Source: Burkholderiales bacterium
GTDB lineage: Bacteria > Pseudomonadota > Gammaproteobacteria > Burkholderiales > SG8-39
Reading direction: 5' to 3'
DNA: 64,000 nt
Assembly (NCBI GenBank): GCA_035651815.1
Contig: DASRFB010000124.1
Location: forward strand, 892-64,891
A program made the translations under genes and the position numbers. The notes under the pieces were generated by a model. The model ran no database searches and was not told the DNA's origin. It saw only the letters and a list, made by a program, of their open reading frames with translations. Position 1 is the first letter of the stretch. Each line of letters opens with the position of its first letter. Below, piece after piece: positions 10,051 to 20,165 of this stretch.

Positions 10051-11558
10051 GGCTCGGGCGGCTTCCGCCGCGCGCCGCGCTCGCGGTCGCTTTCGTCTCG
10101 GGCGCGGCGGCGGTCGCCGGGTTTGCCCCGCTCGGAATCTTTCCCCTGCCCGCGCTCTCGCTCGCGCTGCTGCTCGCGCTCTGCCGTGCCGCCACGCCGC
10201 GCGGCGCGCTCGCGCTCGGGTTCGCGTTCGGCGCCGGCCTCTTCGGCGTCGGCGCCTCCTGGGTCTACGTGAGCCTGCACGATTTCGGAACGATGCCGGC
10301 GGCGCTCGCCGGCGTCGCGACGCTGGGCTTCTGCGCGATCCTCTCGCTGTACCCCGCCGCGGCGGCATGGGGTCTCGCGCTCCTGCGCGCGCGGCCGGCG
10401 AGCGCGGCGCTGCTCGCCTTCCCGGCGCTGTGGACGCTCGCCGAGTGGCTGCGCGGCTGGGTCTTCACGGGATTTCCGTGGCTCGCGACGGGCTACAGCC
10501 AGACCGACTCGCCGCTCGCGGGATTCGCCCCGGTGCTCGGGGTCTACGGCGTGTCGTGGGCCACGGCGCTGGTTGCCGGTCTCGCGTTCCTGATCGCGGC
10601 GGGCGAACCGCGCCAGCGGATCGCGGGCGCCTGCGGCCTCGCGGTCGTCGTCGCCGCGGGGTACGCCCTGGGCTCCGTCTCGTGGACCTCGCCCGAAGGC
10701 GCCCCCGTGCGCGTGTCGCTGCTGCAGGGGAACATCGCGCAGGACTTGAAGTTCCAGGAGCGGCGTTACGCGGCTACGCTCGAGACCTACCGCCGCCTGG
10801 TGGAAGCGAGCGACGCGAGGCTGATCGTGCTCCCCGAGACCGCCGTCCCGCGCTTCTTCGATACCGTCGATCCGGCGTACTGGGACCGGCTTGCGCGCCT
10901 CGCGCGCGCCAAGCGCGCGGACCTCCTCGTCGGCGTGCCGGTGCGCGATGCCGAAGGACGCTACTTCAACAGCCTGATCAGCCTCGGCGTCTCGCCGCCG
11001 CAGATCTACAGCAAGTCGCACCTCGTGCCCTTCGGCGAGTTCGTGCCGCCGGGTTTCCGCTGGATCGTCGATACCGTGGCCATCCCGCTCACCGACTTCT
11101 CGCGCGGCCCCGAGCGGCCGCGGCCGCTCGCGCTCGCCGGCCAGCGAGTCGCGCCCGACATCTGCTACGAGGATGCGTTCGGCGAGGAGATCGCGCGCCA
11201 GCTGCCCGAGGCGACGCTGCTCGTGAACGCGTCCAACGTCGCGTGGTTCGGCGACTCGCTCGCGCCCCCGCAGCACCTGCAGATGTCCCGGATGCGCGCG
11301 CTCGAGACCGGCCGCTACATGCTGCGCGCCACGAACACCGGCATCACCGCCGTGATCGACGAGCGCGGCCGCGTGCGAGCGCGTCTGCCGCAATTCACCG
11401 AGGGCGCGCTGCAGTCCGATGCGCAAGGGTTCTCCGGCGCGACGCCGTACGTGCGCTGGGCGAACGCGCCCCTGATCGCGCTGTGCGCGCTCGCGCTCGC
11501 CACAGCGGCCTGGCTCGCGCGCCGGCGCCGCGTTGGTCCGGCATGGGAAAGCCGGTAG
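10047..11558 (+). CDS. lnt: apolipoprotein N-acyltransferase
   Basis: 503 aa. Multi-TM N-terminus plus a CN-hydrolase domain (VLPETAVP...[12 protein letters not shown]...[12 protein letters not shown]). TTGA overlap with the corC stop. Confidence 0.9.
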   Translation: MRLGRLPPRAALAVAFVSGAAAVAGFAPLGIFPLPALSLALLLALCRAATPRGALALGFAFGAGLFGVGASWVYVSLHDFGTMPAALAGVATLGFCAILSLYPAAAAWGLALLRARPASAALLAFPALWTLAEWLRGWVFTGFPWLATGYSQTDSPLAGFAPVLGVYGVSWATALVAGLAFLIAAGEPRQRIAGACGLAVVVAAGYALGSVSWTSPEGAPVRVSLLQGNIAQDLKFQERRYAATLETYRRLVEASDARLIVLPETAVPRFFDTVDPAYWDRLARLARAKRADLLVGVPVRDAEGRYFNSLISLGVSPPQIYSKSHLVPFGEFVPPGFRWIVDTVAIPLTDFSRGPERPRPLALAGQRVAPDICYEDAFGEEIARQLPEATLLVNASNVAWFGDSLAPPQHLQMSRMRALETGRYMLRATNTGITAVIDERGRVRARLPQFTEGALQSDAQGFSGATPYVRWANAPLIALCALALATAAWLARRRRVGPAWESR

Positions 11559-11583
11559 AATCGGGCGCTTCGAAAGCGACACC

Positions 11584-12486
11584 ATGCTCACGTTCCAGGA
11601 ACTGATCCTCAAGCTCCAGGGGTACTGGGACAAGCAGGGCTGCGTGCTCATGCAGCCTTACGACATGGAGATGGGCGCGGGCACCTTCCACACCGCGAGC
11701 TTCCTGCGTGCGATCGGGCCCGAGCCCTGGAAGGCGGCGTACGTGCAGCCTTCGCGGCGTCCCAAGGACGGGCGCTACGGCGACAATCCCAACCGCCTCC
11801 AGCATTACTACCAGTACCAGGTCGTGCTCAAGCCCTCGCCCGACGACATCCAGGACATCTACATCGGCTCGCTGCGCGCGCTCGGCATCGATACGCGCGA
11901 GCACGACATCCGCTTCGTCGAGGACGACTGGGAGTCCCCGACACTCGGCGCGTGGGGCCTGGGCTGGGAAGTCTGGCTCGACGGGATGGAAGTCACGCAG
12001 TTCACGTACTTCCAGGAAGTCGGCAGCCTCCCGTGCAAGCCGGTGCTCGGCGAGATCACCTACGGCCTGGAGCGCCTGGCGATGTACCTGCAGGGCAAGG
12101 ACAGCATTTTCGACCTGGTCTGGACACCGGGCGTCTCCTACGGGGACGTCTACCACCAGAACGAGGTCGAGCAGTCGCGATACAACTTCGAGCTGTCCGA
12201 TCCGGCGTGGCTGCTCGTGCAGTTCGCCGATTACGAGCGCGAGGCGAAACGGCTGATCGAGGCCGGCGTGCCGCTGCCGGGCTACGAGATGGTGCTCAGG
12301 TGCTCGCACACGTTCAATCTCCTCGATGCGCGCGGCGCGATCTCGGTGACGGAGCGGGCGGCGTACATCGCGCGCGTGCGCGCGCTCGCGCGGCTGGTGG
12401 CCAAGGCCTATTACGATTCGCGCGAGAAGCTCGGGTTCCCGATGCTCAAGCAGCAGAAGCCCGAGAAGAAGAAGACCCCGGCCTGA
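11584..12486 (+). CDS. glyQ: glycine--tRNA ligase alpha subunit
   Basis: Internal ATG gives [38 protein letters not shown], near-invariant GlyQ sequence. Confidence 0.97.
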   Translation: MLTFQELILKLQGYWDKQGCVLMQPYDMEMGAGTFHTASFLRAIGPEPWKAAYVQPSRRPKDGRYGDNPNRLQHYYQYQVVLKPSPDDIQDIYIGSLRALGIDTREHDIRFVEDDWESPTLGAWGLGWEVWLDGMEVTQFTYFQEVGSLPCKPVLGEITYGLERLAMYLQGKDSIFDLVWTPGVSYGDVYHQNEVEQSRYNFELSDPAWLLVQFADYEREAKRLIEAGVPLPGYEMVLRCSHTFNLLDARGAISVTERAAYIARVRALARLVAKAYYDSREKLGFPMLKQQKPEKKKTPA

Positions 12487-12489
12487 GCG

Positions 12490-14598
12490 ATGGCTAAGCC
12501 CAAGCCGGCGGCCGCGTCGGCCCCCTTGCTGATCGAATTGCTCACCGAAGAGCTGCCGCCGAAGGCGCTCGCCGGCCTGGGGCGCGTTTTCGCCGAGGAG
12601 ATCTGCAACGGCCTGGAGCGGCACCGCCTGGCGCAGCGGGATGCGGGGTGCGAGGTCTTTGCCACTCCACGCCGCCTCGCGACCTTGATTCCCGAGGTAC
12701 GCGCCGTCGCCCCGGACCGCTCGAGCGACGTGGACGGCCCGTCGCTGAAGGCACCGCCTCAAGCCGTCGCCGGATTCGCCAAGAAGCACGGGTTGGCGGT
12801 TTCCGATCTCGGGCAGCGCGAGACGCCGAAAGGCACCGTATACGTGGCCCGTGTCCACGCCACGGGCGCCAGGCTGGACGCGGTCCTCGCCGGCGTGCTG
12901 AACGAAGCGCTGAAGAAGCTCCCGATTCCCAGGACCATGCGCTGGGGCTCGGGCGACGCGCAATTCGTCCGGCCGGCGCACGGCCTGCTGCTCATGCACG
13001 GAGCGAAAGCGCTGAAGCTGGCGGAGCCGGTGCTCGGCTTCGCCGGCGGGACGACTCGCACGCGCGGCCACCGTTTCCTGAGCCAGGGCGAGATCTCCAT
13101 ACGCAATGCGAGCGAGTACGAGGCGATCCTCGAGCGCGACGGCCGCGTCGTCGCAGGCTTCGACCAGCGCGGGCAGCGCATCCGCAAGGCGCTCGAGAAG
13201 AAGGCCGGGGGCGCGAAGCTGCTTTCCGACGACGCGCTGCTCGACGAAGTCACGGCGCTGGTCGAGTGGCCGGAGGTCCTGGAGGGAGCGTTCGACGAGG
13301 AATTTCTCGCGGTTCCCCAGGAGTGCCTCGTGCTCTCCATGCGCCAGCACCAGCGCTATTTCCCTCTCGCCGACGCGCGCGGCAGGCTGCAGCCGCGATT
13401 TCTCGTCGTGAGCAACATGCCGCAGTCGCGCTCGGGCGCCATCGTGCGCGGCAACGAGCGCGTGCTGCGCGCGCGGCTCTCGGACGCCAAGTTCTTCTAC
13501 GACCAGGACCGCAAGGAACGTCTGGAGAACCGCGTGCCGAGGCTCGCGACGGTCGTGTTCCACAACAAGCTCGGCAGCCAGCTCGAGCGCGTCGAGCGCG
13601 TCCAGCTCCTCACCGGCCGCATCGCGCACGACCTCGGCATCGATCCGCTCCCGGCCGAGCGCGCGGCATGGCTCTCGAAGGCCGACCTCCTCACGGGCAT
13701 GGTCGGCGAGTTTCCCGAGCTGCAGGGAGCGATGGGCCGCTACTACGCCCGCCACGACGGCGAGCCCGAATCCGTGTGCGACGCGATCGAGCAGCACTAC
13801 TGGCCGCGCTTCGCGGGCGACCGGCTGCCGCGCGAGGTCACGGGATCGGCGGTCGCGCTCGCCGACCGTCTCGACACGCTGGTCGGCATCTTCGGGATCG
13901 GCCTTGCCCCGACCGGCGACAAGGACCCGTTCGGTCTGCGCCGCCTCGCGCTCGGCGTCATCCGAATCCTGTGCGAGCAGAAGCTACGGCTCGACCTTAA
14001 CGAGCTGCTGCGCGTCGCGCACGCGAACTACCCGAAGGGCCGGCTGCTCGACACGCACGAGCACGGGGCGAACCGGGTCCCCAACCCGATCGAGGTCGGG
14101 TTCTTCATCACCGACCGCGCGCGCAGCTATCTGCGCGAGGCGGGCTACGCGACGCTCGAGGTGGAAGCGGTGCTCGACCTCGCGCCGCGGCCGGCCGAGT
14201 ACATCGAGCGCCTCGACGCGGTGCGCAGCTTCCTCAAGCTCCCGCAGGCCGCCGGGCTCGCCGAGTCGGACAAGCGCATCCGCAACATCCTGACCAAGTC
14301 CGGCGGCGCCGGCATCATGCAGCAGACCAACGTCGCGATGCTCCAGGACGACGCCGAGAAGCAGCTCCTCGGGACGACGCGCATGCTGCGCCAGGAAGTC
14401 GAGGCGATGCTGAAGGAGGAGAAGTTCCGTGACGCCCTGCTGTCGACCGCGCGCATCCACGAGCCGGTGGCGACCTTCTTCGACAAGGTCCTCGTGAACG
14501 CGAGCGACGAGCAGCTGCGCACGAACCGCTTCGCGCTGCTGCACGAGGTGATCGGGCTCACCAACCGCGTCGCCAACATCTCGAAGCTGGCGGCATGA
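12490..14598 (+). CDS. glyS: glycine--tRNA ligase beta subunit
   Basis: 702 aa directly after glyQ. LLIELLTEELPPKAL N-terminus typical of GlyS. Confidence 0.95.
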   Translation: MAKPKPAAASAPLLIELLTEELPPKALAGLGRVFAEEICNGLERHRLAQRDAGCEVFATPRRLATLIPEVRAVAPDRSSDVDGPSLKAPPQAVAGFAKKHGLAVSDLGQRETPKGTVYVARVHATGARLDAVLAGVLNEALKKLPIPRTMRWGSGDAQFVRPAHGLLLMHGAKALKLAEPVLGFAGGTTRTRGHRFLSQGEISIRNASEYEAILERDGRVVAGFDQRGQRIRKALEKKAGGAKLLSDDALLDEVTALVEWPEVLEGAFDEEFLAVPQECLVLSMRQHQRYFPLADARGRLQPRFLVVSNMPQSRSGAIVRGNERVLRARLSDAKFFYDQDRKERLENRVPRLATVVFHNKLGSQLERVERVQLLTGRIAHDLGIDPLPAERAAWLSKADLLTGMVGEFPELQGAMGRYYARHDGEPESVCDAIEQHYWPRFAGDRLPREVTGSAVALADRLDTLVGIFGIGLAPTGDKDPFGLRRLALGVIRILCEQKLRLDLNELLRVAHANYPKGRLLDTHEHGANRVPNPIEVGFFITDRARSYLREAGYATLEVEAVLDLAPRPAEYIERLDAVRSFLKLPQAAGLAESDKRIRNILTKSGGAGIMQQTNVAMLQDDAEKQLLGTTRMLRQEVEAMLKEEKFRDALLSTARIHEPVATFFDKVLVNASDEQLRTNRFALLHEVIGLTNRVANISKLAA

Positions 14599-15128
14599 AG
14601 CTGGTCATCCTCGATCGCGACGGCGTCATCAACGAGGACAGCGACGAGTACATCAAGAATCCAGACGAGTGGATCCCGATCCGGGGCAGCGTCGAGGCCA
14701 TCGCGCGGCTGACGCATTGCGGCTGGCGCATCGTGGTGGCGAGCAACCAGTCGGGAGTCGCGCGCGGCCTGTTCGACATGGCGACGCTGAACGCGATCAA
14801 CGCCAAGATGCACCGGGCCGTGGGCCAGGCGGGCGGGCGCATCGACGCCGTGTTCTACTGTCCCGAGCACCCCGACGCGGCTTCGCCCTTCCGCAAGCCC
14901 GAGCCCGGCATGTTCCTCGCGATCGCCGAGCGCTTCAACGCGCCCCTGGTCGATGTGCCGGTCGTGGGCGACAGCGAAAGCGACCTGCGCGCGGCGGTCG
15001 CCGCGGGCGCGCGGCCGATCCTCGTCCTGACCGGCAAGGGCCAGCGCACGCGCGCGAACGGAATCCTGCCCTCGGGCACCACGGTCTATCCGGATCTCGC
15101 GGCGGTCGCCGAGGCCCTGTGCCCGTGA
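14595..15128 (+). CDS. gmhB: D-glycero-beta-D-manno-heptose-1,7-bisphosphate 7-phosphatase (HAD)
   Basis: 177 aa. HAD motif I ILDRDGVIN and ASNQSGVARG. ATGA overlap with the glyS stop. Confidence 0.85.
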   Translation: MKLVILDRDGVINEDSDEYIKNPDEWIPIRGSVEAIARLTHCGWRIVVASNQSGVARGLFDMATLNAINAKMHRAVGQAGGRIDAVFYCPEHPDAASPFRKPEPGMFLAIAERFNAPLVDVPVVGDSESDLRAAVAAGARPILVLTGKGQRTRANGILPSGTTVYPDLAAVAEALCP

Positions 15129-15838
15129 TCGTGCTGCGCTCGCTCGCCTTCGCGCTCGGGCTCGTGCTGATCACGCCGCCGTATTCGCTGCTCGCGCTGG
15201 CCACTTTTCCGCTGCCGCGATTGGTCCGCTACCGAATCATCACGGGCTGGTCGAGGACCGTGATCTGGCTCGCGCGCGCCGTCCTCGGCATACGCTACAG
15301 CGTGCGCGGCCGCGAGCGGCTGCCCACGCATCCGGCGGTGATCCTGGCCAAGCACCAGTCGGCGTGGGAGACGCTCGCCTTCCAGGCGATCTTTCCGCCG
15401 CAGGTGCTGGTGGTGAAGCGCGAGCTGCTGTGGATCCCGTTCTTCGGCTGGGGCCTGGCGCTCACCAGCCCGATCGCGATCGACCGCGGTCGCGGGCCCT
15501 CGGCGCTGAAGCGCATGGCCGAGCTCGGCCGGCGGCGGCTCGCTCAAGGCTTCTGGATCACAGTGTTCCCCGAGGGCACGCGCACGCGGCCGGGTGAGCG
15601 CAGGCCGTACCACGTCGGCGGCGCCTGGCTCGCGGTGCAATGCGGTGCGCCCGTGGTTCCTGTCGCGCACAACGCGGGGCTGCTCTGGGGAAGGAACGCC
15701 TTCCTGAAGCGTCCGGGCACCGTGACGGTGGAGATCGGTCCGACCCTGCAGTCCGCGGGTGCCGATCCGCACGCGCTGAACGCCGCGGCCGAGGAGTGGA
15801 TCGAATCGCGGATGACCGCGCTCGGGGCGTCGCACTGA
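15125..15838 (+). CDS. plsC: 1-acyl-sn-glycerol-3-phosphate acyltransferase
   Basis: GTG start inside the 14669..15838 frame (GTGA overlap with the gmhB stop). Acyltransferase motifs [18 protein letters not shown]. Confidence 0.88.
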   Translation: MIVLRSLAFALGLVLITPPYSLLALATFPLPRLVRYRIITGWSRTVIWLARAVLGIRYSVRGRERLPTHPAVILAKHQSAWETLAFQAIFPPQVLVVKRELLWIPFFGWGLALTSPIAIDRGRGPSALKRMAELGRRRLAQGFWITVFPEGTRTRPGERRPYHVGGAWLAVQCGAPVVPVAHNAGLLWGRNAFLKRPGTVTVEIGPTLQSAGADPHALNAAAEEWIESRMTALGASH

Positions 15839-15855
15839 TCACGAGAGGAGAGACC

Positions 15856-16239
<384 letters not shown>

Positions 16240-16240
16240 G

Positions 16241-16906
16241 TCAGCGCGGGGCGGGCGCGACGCCGCGGAAGCGGCGGAAGTTGTTCGGCTGGCCGATCAG
16301 CGCCTTGCCGAACTCCTCGAGCAGCGCATCGTTGATCTCCGGGGCGGGCAGCGCGAACGTGTCGGGCCCCAGCCCGAGCAGGTTCTTGGTCATCATCAGC
16401 AGCCTGCCCTGGTCATGATCGGCCTTGATCTGGACGTCGGTGATGACGACCGAAGGGATGATGAACTTCGCTCCGGTCACGAAGCCCTTGGGATTCTTCA
16501 GCTCTTCCTCGGTGAACTTCACCTTGCTCGCGTAGAGCGCCTCGCGCGTCTTGATCGCCATGGGCGGATTGTCGCGGTCGACCACCATGGTGTTGTTCGA
16601 GGCCCACTTGATGTAGAAGTTGATGGTGTCGAAATATTCCTTGTCGTTGATGCGCTTGCGCCGGAAGTCGCTGAATTGCTCGGCGAACGACAGGTTCTTG
16701 AGATCCCCCACGCCCATGATGTAGAAGACGAGCGGCGAGGTGGGCTTGAGCACGGAGAGCTGCTTGAGCAGCTCGTGGACGTACTGGAACGTCTGCTTCA
16801 TCTTCTCTTCGACCAGCTTGATGCGGTCGGCGTGCACCGACTGCTGCACGTTCTGCTGCGTCTGCAGCATCTCGGCCTGTTTTTTCAGATCGTCGAGAAG
16901 GCCCAT
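16241..16906 (-). CDS. hypothetical cytoplasmic protein, 221 aa, no recognisable family
   Basis: Clean ORF with GC-biased third positions, a Lys/Gln-rich coiled-coil-like N-terminus (MGLLDDLKKQAEMLQTQQNVQQ...), and no signal peptide or TM segment. Last gene of the lptD-surA-pdxA-rsmA string. Confidence 0.7.
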   Translation of the reverse strand: MGLLDDLKKQAEMLQTQQNVQQSVHADRIKLVEEKMKQTFQYVHELLKQLSVLKPTSPLVFYIMGVGDLKNLSFAEQFSDFRRKRINDKEYFDTINFYIKWASNNTMVVDRDNPPMAIKTREALYASKVKFTEEELKNPKGFVTGAKFIIPSVVITDVQIKADHDQGRLLMMTKNLLGLGPDTFALPAPEINDALLEEFGKALIGQPNNFRRFRGVAPAPR

Positions 16907-16960
16907 GGCGTAACCCCGTCCCTGGTTATCACGGCTACCCGGGTATTGTGCCAGCAGCGC

Positions 16961-17740
16961 TCACCGGGGTCCAGCTTCGTGCATGCCATTGGCAATGGCG
17001 ACGAAGTCGGAGACAGGAAGATCTTCCGCGCGCGATGTCGGATCGATGCCCAGCGCCTCCAGCTGCCGGGCCGATACTAGGCTGGAGAGTGAATTTTTCA
17101 CGATCTTGCGACGGGTCGAGAACGCCGTCTTCACCACGCGCGAGAACGCGTTGGCGTCCACGGCCGCGAGCTCGCCGCGGGGACGCGGCACCAGACGCAC
17201 CACCGCCGAGTCCACTTCGGGCCGGGGGCGGAACGCCGACGCCGGGACCTCGAGCAGTCGCTCGAGACCGTACCGGTATTGCAGCATCACCGTGAGGCGC
17301 CCGTAATCCTTCGATCCGGGCTCCGCGGCCAGCCGGTCGACGACCTCCTTCTGCAGCATGAGGTGCAGATCGGCGCAGCGCTCGGCCGCGCCCATCAGGT
17401 GGAACAGCAGCGGCGTCGATATGTTGTACGGCAGGTTGCCGACGACGCGCAGCGGCGCGGGAAGGCTCGCGAAGTCGAACTCCAGCGCGTCGCCCTCGTG
17501 GAGCGCCAGGCGCTCGAGCGCAAAGCGCTGGCGCAGCCGGGCGCACAGGTCGCGATCGATCTCGACCGCGTGCAAGTGCGGAAGGCGCTCGAGCAGCGTC
17601 GCCGTGAGCGCGCCCAGCCCGGGGCCGATCTCCACCACCGAATCGTCGGGCCGCAAGGCCATCGCGTCGACGATCGCCCGGACGATCTCCGGCGCCTCGA
17701 GAAAGTGCTGGCCGAACCGCTTTCGCGCGACGTGGCGCAT
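16961..17740 (-). CDS. rsmA: 16S rRNA (adenine1518/1519-N6)-dimethyltransferase
   Basis: 259 aa. KRFGQHFL N-terminus, SAM motif VVEIGPGLGALT, NLPYNISTPL. Confidence 0.95.
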   Translation of the reverse strand: MRHVARKRFGQHFLEAPEIVRAIVDAMALRPDDSVVEIGPGLGALTATLLERLPHLHAVEIDRDLCARLRQRFALERLALHEGDALEFDFASLPAPLRVVGNLPYNISTPLLFHLMGAAERCADLHLMLQKEVVDRLAAEPGSKDYGRLTVMLQYRYGLERLLEVPASAFRPRPEVDSAVVRLVPRPRGELAAVDANAFSRVVKTAFSTRRKIVKNSLSSLVSARQLEALGIDPTSRAEDLPVSDFVAIANGMHEAGPR

Positions 17741-17751
17741 TGGCGTTGGCG

Positions 17752-18786
17752 CTAGCGCGGGACCCCCGTCGCCGCGCGCGAGAGCTCCGCCGCCGCGCGC
17801 ACCGCCTCGAGCAGGCTGCCCGCGTCGGCTTTTCCGGTCCCGGCCAGGTCGAGCGCCGTGCCGTGGTCCACCGAGGTGCGGATGATGGGCAGGCCGAGCG
17901 TAATGTTGATTCCGCGGCCGAAGCTCGCGTACTTCAGCACCGGCAGCCCCTGGTCGTGGTACATCGCGAGCACGCAGTCGCCCTGCGACAGCACCTCCGG
18001 CGTGAACAGCGTGTCGGCCGGCAGCGGCCCGGCGAGGCGCAGGCCTTCGGCGCGCAGCTTCTCGAGCACGGGAGCGATGAGCTCGATCTCCTCGCGGCCG
18101 AAGTGGCCGCCTTCGCCGGCGTGCGGGTTGAGCCCGGCGACGAGGATCCGCGGCGATTCGACGCCGAAGCGGCGGCGAAGCTCGGCGGCGAGCACGCGTA
18201 TCGTCGCTTCGAGCCCCTGGCGCGTGAGCGCGCCCGGCACGTCCTTCACCGCCATGTGCGTGGTCGCGAGCGCGACGCGCAGCCCGCCCCCGGCGAGCAT
18301 CATCACCACGCGCGGCGTCCCGGTGCGCTCGGCGAGAAACTCGGTGTGACCCGTGAAGGCGATGCCCGCGTCGTTGATCACTGCCTTGTGCACGGGCGCC
18401 GTGACCATGGCGGCGAACTTCCCGCGCACGCAGCCCTCGAGCGCCCGCTCGAGCTGCGCGATCACGTACGGCGCGTTGCGCGGCTCGAGAACGCCGGGGA
18501 CGGAAGGCACCGCGAGCGCAACGTGCTCGACCGCGAGCATGCCGGGGCGCGACGCGGATCCGGGCTCCGAGAGCCGGACTTCGATCCCGAGCGCCGCAGC
18601 GCGCTGCTCCAGCAGTTGCCGGTCGCCGAGAACGACGACGCGCGCCGCGACCTCCCCGCGCTCGAGCGCGAGGCAGAGGTCGGGGCCGATGCCGGCCGGC
18701 TCGCCCGAGGTCACCGCGATCACGGGTAGCGGCCCGCCGGCGGACGAAGGCGCGACGCCGCGGGCGCCTGTCTCAGCGGTCTTCAA
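17752..18786 (-). CDS. pdxA: 4-hydroxythreonine-4-phosphate dehydrogenase
   Basis: PVIAVTSGEPAGIGPD...TSVDHGTALDLAG motifs. The start is uncertain. TTG at 18786 gives about 344 aa and overlaps the surA stop. The maximal ORF begins at 18879. Confidence 0.88.
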   Translation of the reverse strand: MKTAETGARGVAPSSAGGPLPVIAVTSGEPAGIGPDLCLALERGEVAARVVVLGDRQLLEQRAAALGIEVRLSEPGSASRPGMLAVEHVALAVPSVPGVLEPRNAPYVIAQLERALEGCVRGKFAAMVTAPVHKAVINDAGIAFTGHTEFLAERTGTPRVVMMLAGGGLRVALATTHMAVKDVPGALTRQGLEATIRVLAAELRRRFGVESPRILVAGLNPHAGEGGHFGREEIELIAPVLEKLRAEGLRLAGPLPADTLFTPEVLSQGDCVLAMYHDQGLPVLKYASFGRGINITLGLPIIRTSVDHGTALDLAGTGKADAGSLLEAVRAAAELSRAATGVPR

Positions 18787-20149
18787 GCCGGTACTCGACG
18801 TACGCTCGGTCGCGCAGCTGCCGGAGCCATTCCTGGTACGCCTCGTCGCTCTTGCGCTCGCGCAGGATCTTGCGCGCATCGAGTCGCTTGCGCTCGGCGG
18901 ACGCGTCGGCGGTACGGCGCTCCAGCACCTGGATCAGGTGCCAGCCGAAAGGCGTCTTCACGGGCTCGCTCACCTCGCCGTCCTTCAGGTGCGCAAAGGC
19001 GCGCTCGAACTCGGGCACCGTGTCGCCCGGGTAGATCCAGCCGAGGTCGCCCCCGCGCGAGGCGGAGGCGTCGTCCGAATGCAGCCGGGCGAGCTCGCCG
19101 AAGTCGGCGCCGTTCGCGATGCGCTCCCGGAGCTGCGCGAGCTTGCGCTTGGCGTCGGCCTCGGACACGAGCTCGTTGGTGCGCACGAGGATGTGTCGTA
19201 CGTGCACCTGCTCGACCTCGCCCGTTGCCGAGGCGCCGCGGCGATCGATGAGCTTGAGCACGTGGAACCCGGCGGGGCTGCGCAGCACGTCGGACACGTC
19301 GCCCGGCTGCAACTTCGCGAGCGCCTCGACGAAGAGCTCGGGCAGTCGGTCCTGCGAACGCCACCCCATGGCACCGCCGCGCAGCGCGTCGGGCGCGTCC
19401 GAGTACACGGCCGCGACCTGCGCGAAATCCGCGCCGCCGCGCAGCCGCTTCACCACCTCGAGCGCGCGGCTGCGCTGCTGCTCGAGCTGGTCGGGCCGCG
19501 CCTGCTCCGGAACGCGCAGCAATATGTGCGAGACGTTGTACTCCACCGGCGCGCCCTTGGTGGCGGCGGCGCCCTGGTCGGCCAGGAAGTTGTCGATCTC
19601 GCTCTCCGCGACCGTGATCTTGTTGTCGACCTCGCGCTCGCGCAACCTCGACAGGACGATCTCCGTGCGCACGTCCTCGCGGAACTTATCGAAGGCGATC
19701 CCGTCCTTCTCCAGCCGCGTCCTGAACTCGGTGAGCGAGAGGTTGTTGCCCTCGGCGATGCGCGCGATCGTCTTGTCGAGGTCGAGATCGTCGACGCGCA
19801 AACCCGTGTCCCGGGCGAGCTGCAGCTGCACCTTGTCGAGGATCATCCGCTCGAGGACCTGCCGCTCGAGCTGATCGCGCGGCGGAAGAGGCGTTCCGCG
19901 CTGGGACAGCTCCTTCAGGATGCGGCCGACGCGCTCGGACAGCTCGAACTGCGTGATGACCTCGTTGTTCACGACCGCGACGATGCGGTCGACGAGCTCC
20001 ATCTTCCCGGACGCGGGCGCGCGAGGCGCCGCGGGCGTTGCCGGCGGCGCGGGGGCCGCGGCGGTCGCCGGGGCCGGCGCCGCGGCGCTGCCCTGTGCCG
20101 GCGCGGCCGCGGGCCACGCGAGAGCCGCTGCGAGAAGTATCCTGAGCAT
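18773..20149 (-). CDS. surA: periplasmic chaperone / peptidyl-prolyl isomerase SurA
   Basis: Signal peptide MLRILLAAALAWPAAAPAQG, SurA_N region and two parvulin domains (HILLR..., GGDLGW). Sits between lptD and pdxA. Confidence 0.92.
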   Translation of the reverse strand: MLRILLAAALAWPAAAPAQGSAAAPAPATAAAPAPPATPAAPRAPASGKMELVDRIVAVVNNEVITQFELSERVGRILKELSQRGTPLPPRDQLERQVLERMILDKVQLQLARDTGLRVDDLDLDKTIARIAEGNNLSLTEFRTRLEKDGIAFDKFREDVRTEIVLSRLREREVDNKITVAESEIDNFLADQGAAATKGAPVEYNVSHILLRVPEQARPDQLEQQRSRALEVVKRLRGGADFAQVAAVYSDAPDALRGGAMGWRSQDRLPELFVEALAKLQPGDVSDVLRSPAGFHVLKLIDRRGASATGEVEQVHVRHILVRTNELVSEADAKRKLAQLRERIANGADFGELARLHSDDASASRGGDLGWIYPGDTVPEFERAFAHLKDGEVSEPVKTPFGWHLIQVLERRTADASAERKRLDARKILRERKSDEAYQEWLRQLRDRAYVEYRLEDR

Positions 20150-20165
20150 CCGACAAGATCCGATA

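Noticed and set aside
11395-13797. 800-aa minus-strand ORF. Similar long antisense ORFs occur at 6002..7717, 28028..29629, 31399..33504, 48062..50095 and 57155..59269.
   Set aside because: All lie opposite unmistakable housekeeping genes (glyQS, miaB, purH, hemF/hemY, groEL, recG) and have the Arg/Ala/Asp/Glu-rich repetitive look of non-coding frames. None carries a recognisable motif.
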